In this document: in pieces, positions 22,637-31,663 of the stretch
How positions within the stretch are numbered: position 1 is the first letter of the stretch
How the letters are laid out: the number at the start of each line of letters is the position of its first letter
Origin: an uncultured Gemmatimonadaceae bacterium
Lineage (GTDB): Bacteria > Gemmatimonadota > Gemmatimonadetes > Gemmatimonadales > Gemmatimonadaceae
Assembly (NCBI GenBank): GCA_963781585.1
Contig: CAWAGQ010000007.1
Location: 422,886 to 486,885 of the forward strand
Reading direction: 5' to 3'
DNA length: 64,000 nucleotides
The notes under the pieces: model-generated
Database searches by the model: none
Told to the model about the DNA's origin: nothing
Seen by the model: the letters and a program-made list of their open reading frames with translations, nothing else
Position numbers and translations under genes: made by a program

Positions 22637-22637
22637 C

Positions 22638-23882
22638 ATGTCGACCTCCGCAGGTGGGCGTGGGCCTTCGTGGACGCAACGCCTGTGGGCCGACGTCGCC
22701 GCGAGCACCGATGCGAGCGTGCTCGCTGTTCTCCGCTTCCTCGGCCTCCTTTACGGCCCCATCGACACCAGGCTTCCGATTGATCAGGCCTTCCGCAAGG
22801 CATTGCACAATCGTGTCCCACGTCACGTCAGCTGGCGCCACGCCTTCGGCGGCATCACCTATCTCCTCTTCGTAATCCTCGTTGGCACAGGGGTCCTGCT
22901 CTCGCTCTACTACCGCCCGTCGGCCCAGGAAGCGTACCAGAGCGTACAGCATATCGTCTCGGGGATCTCGTTCGGCTGGCTGATGCGCGATCTCCACAGC
23001 TGGAGCGCCAACCTCGTTGTTCTCGCGGCGCTCGTGCACATGGCGCGCGTGTTCTTCAGCGGCGCCTACAAGCCGCCGCGCGAGACGAACTGGCTGGTCG
23101 GCCTGCTGCTGTTGTTCGTGATCTTCGCGTTCGGCGCCACCGGCTACCTGCTTCCCTGGGACCAGTGGGCCTACTGGACGACCACGCAGGGTCTCCTGGT
23201 CGTCGGCCATCTCCCGGTCATCGGCGGCTGGGCGACCAGCGTGCTGCGCGGCGATCCACTCGTTTCCGGAGCGACGCTGAGCCGCTTCTTCGCGCTGCAC
23301 GTGATCGTGCTGCCGTGGATCGCACTCGGCCTGCTCGTGCTGCACTTCCAACTGCTTCGCAAGCACGGCGTCGCCGGGCCGCACGACGAGGACAGGCTCG
23401 TCGTGTCGCCGAGCGATTCCAGCACACGGGACGGTGTGCCGTTTTTCCCCGTCCATCTCCTCCGCTCAATCAGCGTCGCCGTGCTCGTCGTCGCGGTCGC
23501 GGTCACCGCCGCTGTACTGCATCCGCGCGATGTGGCGCCGCCGGCCGACGCGAGCCATCCGCCCGCTGAGCTGTACGCCACGTGGGTCGTCGCGGATGTC
23601 TCGCGCGCGCTCTTCTACTACCTCGGCCCGTGGGGCTTCGGCGCCTTCCTGCTCCTTGGCATCGTGCTGATGACGCTGCCGCTGTTCGATCGGGCCCCCG
23701 AACGGCGCTTGCGCCGCCGTCCGCTCGTCGCAGGACTCGGCATCGCATTCTTCCTCGGGTTCGCGGTGGCGTGGGGCGCAGGATGGCGTCTGCGGACGGC
23801 GCCGAGCTCCGGCGAGCTCGGGTCTCTGGTCCTTCCCGCGGGCCCCGTGGATTCGCTGCCCACCGCTCGCACACCGAAATGA
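22638..23882 (+). CDS. Cytochrome b (b6 plus subunit-IV-like fused) of a Rieske/cytb-type complex
   Basis: RDLHSW...VHMARVF, GAYKPPRETNW, TGYLLPWDQ, RFFALH...LH heme ligands; PEWY replaced by ATWV. Confidence 0.92.
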   Translation: MSTSAGGRGPSWTQRLWADVAASTDASVLAVLRFLGLLYGPIDTRLPIDQAFRKALHNRVPRHVSWRHAFGGITYLLFVILVGTGVLLSLYYRPSAQEAYQSVQHIVSGISFGWLMRDLHSWSANLVVLAALVHMARVFFSGAYKPPRETNWLVGLLLLFVIFAFGATGYLLPWDQWAYWTTTQGLLVVGHLPVIGGWATSVLRGDPLVSGATLSRFFALHVIVLPWIALGLLVLHFQLLRKHGVAGPHDEDRLVVSPSDSSTRDGVPFFPVHLLRSISVAVLVVAVAVTAAVLHPRDVAPPADASHPPAELYATWVVADVSRALFYYLGPWGFGAFLLLGIVLMTLPLFDRAPERRLRRRPLVAGLGIAFFLGFAVAWGAGWRLRTAPSSGELGSLVLPAGPVDSLPTARTPK

Positions 23883-25132
23883 GCCGCCCCACGACGCTCG
23901 GCCCCCTGCTGCTCGCGAGCGCCATCGCACTCGGCCTCGCGGTGCAATCGAGCGCGCTCACCGCGCAGCAGTCCCCCACGTCCGCGCCGAATCGCTGCCT
24001 CACCTGCCATGCCGCAGAGCGCGAGGCCGCGACGGTCGGCGTGCACTCCGACAACGGCGTGCAGTGCGTCGAATGCCACGGCGGCAACGCCGCGGCGTCC
24101 CAGCTTCCCGCGGCCCACGGCAACGGCTTTACGGGGCACCTCGACAAGATCGCGACGGCGCGGCTCTGCGGGTCGTGCCACTCCGATCCGAACAAGATGC
24201 GCGAGTACGGCCTGAACACCGCCGAACTCGCGGAGTATCGCACCAGCCGGCATGGGCAGCTCCTGTTCGACCGGCACGATGCGAACGCGCCGACGTGCAC
24301 CGACTGCCATGGCACGCACGTCATCTATCCGCCCTACGATGCGCGCAGCAAGGTGTACCCGACGAACATCCCCGGCACTTGCGCGCACTGTCATGCCGAC
24401 GCGAAGCTGATGGCGAAGTACCAGATCCGCACGGACCAGCTCGAGCAGTTCACCGCCAGCGCCCACGGCCTGGCGCTTTTCCAGAAGCGGGATTTCGCGG
24501 CGCCGACGTGCGTGTCCTGTCATGGCGCGCATTCCGCGCTCCCGCCTACGCATACCCAGGTGGCGAGCGTGTGTGGAAACTGTCATCAGCTCGTGGCGAC
24601 CGCGTTCAATACGGGGCCGCATGGCGCCGCCACGCGGTCGGGACGGCTCAAGGGCTGCCTCGGCTGCCACACCAACCACGGTACGCAGCGCGTGGCCGAC
24701 GACAGCATCGCGCGTACGTGCGATCGCTGCCACGCGGGCGACTCGCGACTGCACCAGACCGCGGTCGATCTCCAGCACCGGATGACCCAGGCGACGCTCG
24801 ACCTGCGGTCGGCGCGCCGTGCCGTCGACCGCCTGACGGTAACCGGCCACCCTGCGACCGACGCGCGGTTCCGGTATCAATCCACGCTGACCGACTACCT
24901 GCAGATTGCGCAGATACAGCACGGGCTCGACCTCGACGGAGTGGAGCGGCTCGAGGGGCGCGTGAGCGCCGGCTCGATCGAGCTCGATCGCATGGCGACG
25001 GCGAGTGAGGAATCGCGCTGGGAACACAAGCTTATCCTCCTGCCCGTCTGGTTCCTGTCGCTCTCCGCCGTCGCGCTCGCGTGGCTTGCGCTGCGGTCGC
25101 TGCGCAGCGACACGCGGGACGCAGAGTCGTAG
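23879..25132 (+). CDS. Nonaheme cytochrome c with C-terminal membrane anchor
   Basis: Signal peptide, 9 CxxCH, helical region, C-terminal TM; ATGA overlap with cytochrome b. Confidence 0.92.
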   Translation: MSRPTTLGPLLLASAIALGLAVQSSALTAQQSPTSAPNRCLTCHAAEREAATVGVHSDNGVQCVECHGGNAAASQLPAAHGNGFTGHLDKIATARLCGSCHSDPNKMREYGLNTAELAEYRTSRHGQLLFDRHDANAPTCTDCHGTHVIYPPYDARSKVYPTNIPGTCAHCHADAKLMAKYQIRTDQLEQFTASAHGLALFQKRDFAAPTCVSCHGAHSALPPTHTQVASVCGNCHQLVATAFNTGPHGAATRSGRLKGCLGCHTNHGTQRVADDSIARTCDRCHAGDSRLHQTAVDLQHRMTQATLDLRSARRAVDRLTVTGHPATDARFRYQSTLTDYLQIAQIQHGLDLDGVERLEGRVSAGSIELDRMATASEESRWEHKLILLPVWFLSLSAVALAWLALRSLRSDTRDAES

Positions 25133-25135
25133 GAC

Positions 25136-27190
25136 ATGTCACCGACGGCCCGCCGCCGGCTCTCGCGCACCGCGAAGGTCGCGGTGCCAATCGCCATCCT
25201 CGGCATCGTTCTGCTCGTTGTCGGGACGGCGGGCTTCGTAGAAGTCTCGAGCCAGCCGTGGTTCTGCGGCAGTTGCCACATCATGCAGCCGTACCACGCG
25301 TCCTGGGAGAAGTCGACGCACCGCGACGTGCCGTGCATCAAGTGCCACATCGCACCCGGCATCAAAGCCGAGGCGATGACCAAGATCCAGGCCGCCAACA
25401 TGGTGGTGAAGGACCTCACCGGGGCGGTGAACGGGCGTCCGTGGGCCAAGATCGAGGACGCGTCGTGCCTGCGTTCGGGCTGCCACTCGACACGGCTCAT
25501 CCAGGGAGAGGTCGAGTACAAGGGCGTACGCTTCGACCACGCGGCGCACCTCGGCCAGGTCCGCCGCGGCATCCAGCTTCATTGCACGAGTTGTCATTCG
25601 CAGATCGTGCAGGGCTCGCACATCGCGGTCACCGAGGGCACCTGCGTGCTCTGCCACTTCAAGGGACGTCCGGTCGACAAGCCGGTGGCGACGTGCACTG
25701 GCTGTCACCCGTCGCCGCCGCGCGTGACGTCAAAAGAAGGGTTTGTCGTCGACCATCCGTCGTTCGTGAAGGACAGGATCGACTGTCTGTCGTGCCACAG
25801 CGAGGTGACGCAGGGCGCGGGCGAGGCCGACCCCGAGCGGTGCGTGAGCTGCCACAACGAGCCGCAGAAGCTGGCGCAGATGAACGATGCGTCGATGCTG
25901 CACCGCGTGCACGTGGGCCAGGAAACCATCGCGTGCGTGCAGTGCCACACCACGATGCAGCACCGCATCGTGGCGCTCACCACCACGCCGCAGCTCGATT
26001 GCAAGGCGTGTCACAGCAACGTGCACCTCGCCCAGCAGAAGCTCTACGCCGGGGTGGGCGGGTATCTGTCGCGGCTGCAAGCCGGCACGTCCACCGAGCT
26101 GGAAGCGGCGCACGCGGCGACGATACCCAGCTCCATGTTCCAGGCACGCGTCTCGTGCGTTGGGTGTCACAACGACGCGTCACGCTTGCCCGGCCACGAC
26201 ACCGTGCAGGTCGCCAACGGCGCATCCTGCATGTCGTGCCACGGCGTGCGCTACGCGAACGTGCTCCCGAGCTGGCAGCGAGGCATGGAGCGCAAGGTGG
26301 CGCTCGTCGATCCGGTCGTGCAGGATGCGATGGCGGCTGCCAGGTCGCTGCCGGTGGGCCGACGGGCGCGCGCCGACAGCCTGCTGGGTCAGGCCGCCGA
26401 CAATGTTGCGCTCGTGCGTGCCGGCAAGGGCGTGCACAACATCATCTACGCCGATCAGCTGCTCCGCAGTGCACTCGATCTCGTGCGGCAGGCGACGAGG
26501 GACGCGCAGGTCCCGTATCGCGCGCCAGGCGTGGATCTCGGACCGCCGGTGACCGAGAACCAGTGCCTCCAGTGCCACATGGGCGTCGAGGCGCAGCAGG
26601 CCCCGTTTGCCGACCGCACGTTCAGCCACGAGCCGCACGTGGTCCGGGCTGGACTCCAGTGCGGCATGTGTCACACGTCATTCGCGAACCATGGCGGCAC
26701 GCTGCTCACGTCCGCGGCGAGCTGCGACAACTGTCATCACAACCCGGTACCGTCGCCGACGCGCAACTGCGCGCAGTGCCACCCGGGCCCGGGCGGGGCG
26801 CCGACCGACACGCTGCGTCGCTCGCAAGGCGATTTTACGCACGCGCGGCACGTCGCGGCGAATGTGCAGTGTGCCGCGTGCCACGAAGCGCCGACGATGA
26901 CGGCCAAGGCGCTCAATTGCGATGGATGTCACGCGCAGCACCATCAAGTGCAGGACGCGTGTCTCTCCTGTCATCGCGGGGGCGCGCTCGCGAAGCACAG
27001 TCTCTCGACGGCGCACGCAGCCTGCTCCGGGTGCCACAAGACGGTGCCGGCGATCAACCAGTGGACGCGGCAGGTGTGCACAGCGTGCCACGCGGCACAG
27101 ACCACGCACAAGCCCGGCGGCGCGTGCGAAACGTGCCACCGTGTGCCGCCCATGGCCGCGGCCGCCAGACGCCCGGGCAACCTGCATTAG
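25136..27190 (+). CDS. Large multiheme cytochrome c with NapC/NirT-like N-terminus (21 CxxCH plus 1 CxxxxCH)
   Basis: N-terminal TM, FCGSCHIM, SWEKSTH, CIKCH; 22 heme-binding motifs counted. Confidence 0.92.
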   Translation: MSPTARRRLSRTAKVAVPIAILGIVLLVVGTAGFVEVSSQPWFCGSCHIMQPYHASWEKSTHRDVPCIKCHIAPGIKAEAMTKIQAANMVVKDLTGAVNGRPWAKIEDASCLRSGCHSTRLIQGEVEYKGVRFDHAAHLGQVRRGIQLHCTSCHSQIVQGSHIAVTEGTCVLCHFKGRPVDKPVATCTGCHPSPPRVTSKEGFVVDHPSFVKDRIDCLSCHSEVTQGAGEADPERCVSCHNEPQKLAQMNDASMLHRVHVGQETIACVQCHTTMQHRIVALTTTPQLDCKACHSNVHLAQQKLYAGVGGYLSRLQAGTSTELEAAHAATIPSSMFQARVSCVGCHNDASRLPGHDTVQVANGASCMSCHGVRYANVLPSWQRGMERKVALVDPVVQDAMAAARSLPVGRRARADSLLGQAADNVALVRAGKGVHNIIYADQLLRSALDLVRQATRDAQVPYRAPGVDLGPPVTENQCLQCHMGVEAQQAPFADRTFSHEPHVVRAGLQCGMCHTSFANHGGTLLTSAASCDNCHHNPVPSPTRNCAQCHPGPGGAPTDTLRRSQGDFTHARHVAANVQCAACHEAPTMTAKALNCDGCHAQHHQVQDACLSCHRGGALAKHSLSTAHAACSGCHKTVPAINQWTRQVCTACHAAQTTHKPGGACETCHRVPPMAAAARRPGNLH

Positions 27191-27282
27191 CGAACGCGCG
27201 AGCCGGGAGTGCAGGCGCCGGTCAGAGATCGCCGGCGGAGTTCGAGGACGAGATCCCCCGAAGAGGCCTGAACGGCCGACCC

Positions 27283-28644
27283 TCAGCGAATTCCGAGAAT
27301 CTTCTTCTGCAGCTCGGCCGGGGTGCTCTGCATGTGGCAGGTGGAGCACTCGCGGCCGCGCATGTGATCGGCCTGCGCGGCGTGGCAGAGAACGCAGAAG
27401 CTCCGATCCGGCATGAGCAGCGACAGCGTTGCCCGCGCGTGGCAGTCCGTGCAGGTCAGATGGTTGCTGAGCAGGTGCGATCCGCGAACGTCCGGGCCAT
27501 GGCAGCGGGCACAGTCGGCCGCCTGCTGGTGGTGCTGGGCGTGACAGTCGTTGCACGCCACGACACTTGCCACGTTCGTCCCGGGCGCATGACAGTCGGC
27601 GCATTGGAGCGAGCCATGCTGCGCATGCTCGAATGCCACGGCGCGCGCGGCCGGCGCGTCCGGCGGCGTTAGGCGCATGGTGAGCGTCAGGCGGATCGGT
27701 CCGGCGAGCCGGGCATCGTTGCCGTGACACGTCGCACAGCTCGCCCGCGGGGTGGCCGCGTGGTGACACGCCGAGCACGACGACGACGTCACCATGGTCC
27801 GCCCGTGCCGCGGATCGACCGTGAGCTCTCCGGCCCGGGCGGTAGGGGTCCCGCGTCCCACGCCCCGTCCCTGCCTCACGAAGTAGTCCACCGCGCCATG
27901 GCACTCGGTGCACTGCACCTCGCCCCGCACCACGTGCAGGCCGTGGGCGAACGACTGCCCGAATACGGAGTCGCGGCGGCCCTCGATGCCGTAGTGACAC
28001 GTGAGACACGACACATTCGCCACACTCGGACCCAGCGCTGGCCGCGGTGGTGCCGTCACGCGCGCCGCGGTGTAGGCCGCGGTGGCGCTATCGAGGGCGG
28101 CACGCAGCAAGCCATCGGCGCCGTGGATGTTGTGCAAGCCGTTCGCCGCCGCGATCGCCGCCAGCGTCCGCTGCGCGGCACGGATCTCGCCACGTGCCAC
28201 GGACGATCCCGCCAGACGCGAATCGCCTGCCGCGCCCTGCACGTAGTCGGCCACGACGCGGGAGCGCCATTCGAGGCCGGAATTCCACCGGGTCAGCATG
28301 CCGGCGAACCGGGTCCCGTGACAGGTCGTGCATACGCGATCCATCGCCGCGATCCGCCTCGAGGCCGGTGCGCTGTCGACCGCCGGAGTGTGGCACTCGG
28401 CGCACCGAACTCTCGCCGTGAACATCGGATCGGGGGAGAGCCGGAGATTCGCCGTCGTGCCGGCATAGAACGCGCCCGAGACGCTGTCGCGCGCTGCGGT
28501 CTGGCCGCGCGCCTGCCCAGTTCCGCCCTGCGCTGCCAGCGTGCTCCCCGCAACGCCGAGCAGCACGCTGCTACCGAGCAACATGAGACCGCGGGCGATC
28601 CGACGTGCGGGATCGTCGAAACGCCGACGCCCGCGCGCGTTCAT
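27283..28644 (-). CDS. Dodecaheme periplasmic cytochrome c
   Basis: Signal peptide, 12 CxxCH; paralogous to the C-terminal half of 25136..27190. Confidence 0.9.
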   Translation of the reverse strand: MNARGRRRFDDPARRIARGLMLLGSSVLLGVAGSTLAAQGGTGQARGQTAARDSVSGAFYAGTTANLRLSPDPMFTARVRCAECHTPAVDSAPASRRIAAMDRVCTTCHGTRFAGMLTRWNSGLEWRSRVVADYVQGAAGDSRLAGSSVARGEIRAAQRTLAAIAAANGLHNIHGADGLLRAALDSATAAYTAARVTAPPRPALGPSVANVSCLTCHYGIEGRRDSVFGQSFAHGLHVVRGEVQCTECHGAVDYFVRQGRGVGRGTPTARAGELTVDPRHGRTMVTSSSCSACHHAATPRASCATCHGNDARLAGPIRLTLTMRLTPPDAPAARAVAFEHAQHGSLQCADCHAPGTNVASVVACNDCHAQHHQQAADCARCHGPDVRGSHLLSNHLTCTDCHARATLSLLMPDRSFCVLCHAAQADHMRGRECSTCHMQSTPAELQKKILGIR

Positions 28645-29552
28645 CCCGTCAGTACCGCGTAGACGACCAGGCCGATAACACTCAGCCCCACCAGCAACGC
28701 CGCAAACCCGAGCCACACCGCCGTCAGATACGCCGTGCGCGACGGTGCCGGAACGTACAGCTGCTCGAGCCGGCCCTCCTTCACGTTGCGCTCGTACTCG
28801 AGTGGATGCTCCTCCTCGACGTACTCGGCGCGTGCGCGGCCCGTGAAGATCACCAGATCGATGGGAAACTTCTCCGGCCGCAGATGGACGTTGAAGAAGT
28901 GGACCGTGAAGATGAACCCGAGCGCGAGCAGTGCCTCATCGCCGTGCACAACGGTCGCGACGTTGAACATCCATCCAGGCAGGAAGCGCGAGAAGAACGT
29001 CGGGAGCCAGAGCAGCAGCCCCGAGCCGCCGATGATGGCAACGCCCCAGAACACGCCGAAGTAGTCGAACTTCTCCATGTAGCTGAAGCGGTCGAACCTG
29101 GGCCTCGGACCCACGCCGAGGAACCACTTGAACTGCGCGATGACGTCCTTGATGTCTTTCGGCTGCGGCACCATCGATTCGGGACCCCAGAAGATCGACG
29201 ACTTCTTCTCGGCCCGCATGAGCTTTCTGACGAGGGTCACGAGATGCAGGCCGAAGTAGCCGAACGTGATCATTGCACAGAAGCGGTGCACCGCGCCTGC
29301 CACCTGGGCACCGCCGAGCATGCGCATGAGTGGCGCCGCCCACGGCGCCGCGGAGAAACGCAGGGGCACACCGGTGATTACCAGGACCATGAAAGACACT
29401 ATCACGAGCGCATGCGTGATGCGCTGTATTGGACTGAACCGACGGATGTACGGGCCGGTCCCCCGATCTGACACCGAGAGCGGCTTGCCCTCGGGAACCG
29501 GGCCCGGAACCGGAATGGCCTCACCGGCGGAGTGAACCGATTCGTTCGTCAT
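28641..29552 (-). CDS. FdnI/HydC-type diheme cytochrome b (CbcL C-terminal-like)
   Basis: RRFSPIQRITH, VHRFCA, RFSYMEKFDY.GVFWG, VHGDEALLA, VHFFNVHLRP; ATGA overlaps at both ends. Confidence 0.88.
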   Translation of the reverse strand: MTNESVHSAGEAIPVPGPVPEGKPLSVSDRGTGPYIRRFSPIQRITHALVIVSFMVLVITGVPLRFSAAPWAAPLMRMLGGAQVAGAVHRFCAMITFGYFGLHLVTLVRKLMRAEKKSSIFWGPESMVPQPKDIKDVIAQFKWFLGVGPRPRFDRFSYMEKFDYFGVFWGVAIIGGSGLLLWLPTFFSRFLPGWMFNVATVVHGDEALLALGFIFTVHFFNVHLRPEKFPIDLVIFTGRARAEYVEEEHPLEYERNVKEGRLEQLYVPAPSRTAYLTAVWLGFAALLVGLSVIGLVVYAVLTG

Positions 29553-31006
29553 GACTGATCTCCATCGCCGGCGCGTGACAGTGCCCCTTCGTCGGCCGGC
29601 GAACCTGGCGTGCTGCCACCGCCACTCGGTCCGCCATCGTCGCCATGATCGCCGCGGTCCTCGCGCCCGGCTCCGCGCACGCGATCGATTGCCAGACGCA
29701 CCAGCCAGAGCGCGGTGTGCAATCCGAAGAAACTGAAGATGCTGACGAGCAGCGTCGTCATGAACAGCCAGACCCAGAAGAGCCCCGGGTTCTTCGCGTG
29801 GTCCTGCGGGTCGGCGTGCGGCATGTACTGCACGAACTTCGCGTTTGCGCTGGCGTGACACCTGCCGCAGGTTTCGACGAGGTTTGCCTTGTTCACCGAC
29901 GAGTGCGGGTCGCTGGGCGGCAGCATCGCGTGCGCCGTATGGCAGTCGCTGCACTTGGCGGTGATCCCGAACCCGAGGGCTGTGACCTGTCCGTGATAAG
30001 TCTCGAAATACGTCTTCGTGACTCGCTCGTGGCACGAGCCGCATTCCCAGACCACACCGCGGAACCAGGCGGAGTCCCTGGCGGACACGATCTTGTGGCC
30101 GGCATGGCAGTCGGTGCACACCGGCGCTTCGTGTCCGGTGTCCGTCTTCTTGCCGGAGATGAGCGCCATGCCGTGCGACGACGAGTCGAATGTGGTGACC
30201 ACACCGGCATGACACGCGCCGCACGTCTTCGGCACGTTGGCGCGGCTGAGCCTTGATCCCGCGGAATCGGCCGGCAGGATCAGATGCGCCCCATGGCAGT
30301 CGCTGCACGTGGCGGCCACGACGAGCCCCGATTTGGTCGCCGCGAGGCCATGCACCGTCTGGTAATACTCGGCGACCGCGGTCCGCGCCTGCGCCTCCTG
30401 CGGGTTGTCCGGGTTCTTGAAGTACGTGCCGATGATCCGCTTGTCGCCGTGACACGTCGCGCACGTCTTCGCCACGTTGAGCGGATACGTCGGCGAACGG
30501 GGGTCGTCGGATCCCAGGACATGGTGCTGCGTGTGGCACGTCACGCATGTCGGCGCGTCGCCAACGGTCTGGGCGTTCCTGGCATGGATCGACGCGGCCC
30601 AGTCCGCGCCCTCCTGCTGGTGACACTTCTGGCAGGGCACGGCCACGATCGAGGTGTTGTGCGGGTAGCCCTGGTCGTAGCCGGGGTGGCAGTCGGCGCA
30701 GGCGAGCCTGGCGTGCTTCGAGTCGCGGAGCACCGAGTCGGGAACGAGGAGCGCGGAGTCGGAGTGCGTCGGCGTGCCTTTGCCAACCAGGAAATCGTGA
30801 CTGGCGTGACACTTCTCGCACTGCACGACCCTCTGCGCCGCCGTGTGAGCCGGAATGGGCGGTGCGACGGCGGGAGTGGGTCGGGCCCGCCCTGGTCGCT
30901 GGGCGCCGAGTGGCGATGGCATCAGTCCGGCAACCACAATCGCGAGCCACGCGACGGCGGCGCTCGAGGCCGCGATTGCCCAGCGTGGCCGCGGAACGCA
31001 TCTCAT
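29549..31006 (-). CDS. Undecaheme cytochrome c with C-terminal TM (CbcL N-terminal-like)
   Basis: Signal peptide, 11 CxxCH, C-terminal FFGLHTALWLVR helix. Confidence 0.9.
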   Translation of the reverse strand: MRCVPRPRWAIAASSAAVAWLAIVVAGLMPSPLGAQRPGRARPTPAVAPPIPAHTAAQRVVQCEKCHASHDFLVGKGTPTHSDSALLVPDSVLRDSKHARLACADCHPGYDQGYPHNTSIVAVPCQKCHQQEGADWAASIHARNAQTVGDAPTCVTCHTQHHVLGSDDPRSPTYPLNVAKTCATCHGDKRIIGTYFKNPDNPQEAQARTAVAEYYQTVHGLAATKSGLVVAATCSDCHGAHLILPADSAGSRLSRANVPKTCGACHAGVVTTFDSSSHGMALISGKKTDTGHEAPVCTDCHAGHKIVSARDSAWFRGVVWECGSCHERVTKTYFETYHGQVTALGFGITAKCSDCHTAHAMLPPSDPHSSVNKANLVETCGRCHASANAKFVQYMPHADPQDHAKNPGLFWVWLFMTTLLVSIFSFFGLHTALWLVRLAIDRVRGAGREDRGDHGDDGGPSGGGSTPGSPADEGALSRAGDGDQS

Positions 31007-31663
31007 GGTAATCACCTGTCCGTCGGGTGACGAGTTCCGGCGCCCTGTCGCGGTCGCTTCTCGCGGCTCATCGACACCAGCGCCCGCGCCGCAGTGACGC
31101 ACCCAGAACTGTCATGTGCGAACGAAGGAACAGCCGGTCGTAATGATATGCGGGCATGGCCGGTGTCCACGGCGAGGGCTCGTGGCAGGCCGAACCAGGA
31201 CGGGCATCCGCCTGCTCCGCTGCAGCGGACATGCCGTCACGGGCTCGGGAGCCACCGCGTGGTTTGTGGTCAGCGCATCCCGCGCCGCCGCGACGCGGGC
31301 CTTGCCGAATCGGACTTCGGGCTGGCGGTCCGTCCGCCAGTTCGCAGCGAGCATGACCGGCGCGCAGAGAGGGAACGGCGGGGGACGTCGAAACAATGCC
31401 GACAATCATGACCTCGCGGTCGGAGCCGTCTGTCTAAAGCATTAACGAGTTCACTTGTGGCGACCGTCGGGACAAGGCGCCGAACACCCTGCGAGCCGTC
31501 AGCCAATCCCGCACAGCGTCAGTGGCCGAAGTCTACAGGAAAACCGGACCGGCGCCATGGAAGCGGCCCGTATGCGAGTTGCAGTCCACAGCCGCCGGCG
31601 CGCGCGGCCCCGGGATGGCCCTTGATGGGACGTCGCTCGATCGGCGTCAATGCAACCTGCGCC

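Noticed and set aside
31637..31650. FNR-like site TCGAT-N4-GTCAA
   Set aside because: Two mismatches to TTGAT-N4-ATCAA and more than 600 bp from the next start codon
31100..31660. Long intergenic region upstream of the multiheme operon as a cyclic-dinucleotide riboswitch or ncRNA
   Set aside because: Only a short hairpin (31322-31340) was seen and no GEMM-type consensus was recognised; an Rfam/Infernal scan would be needed
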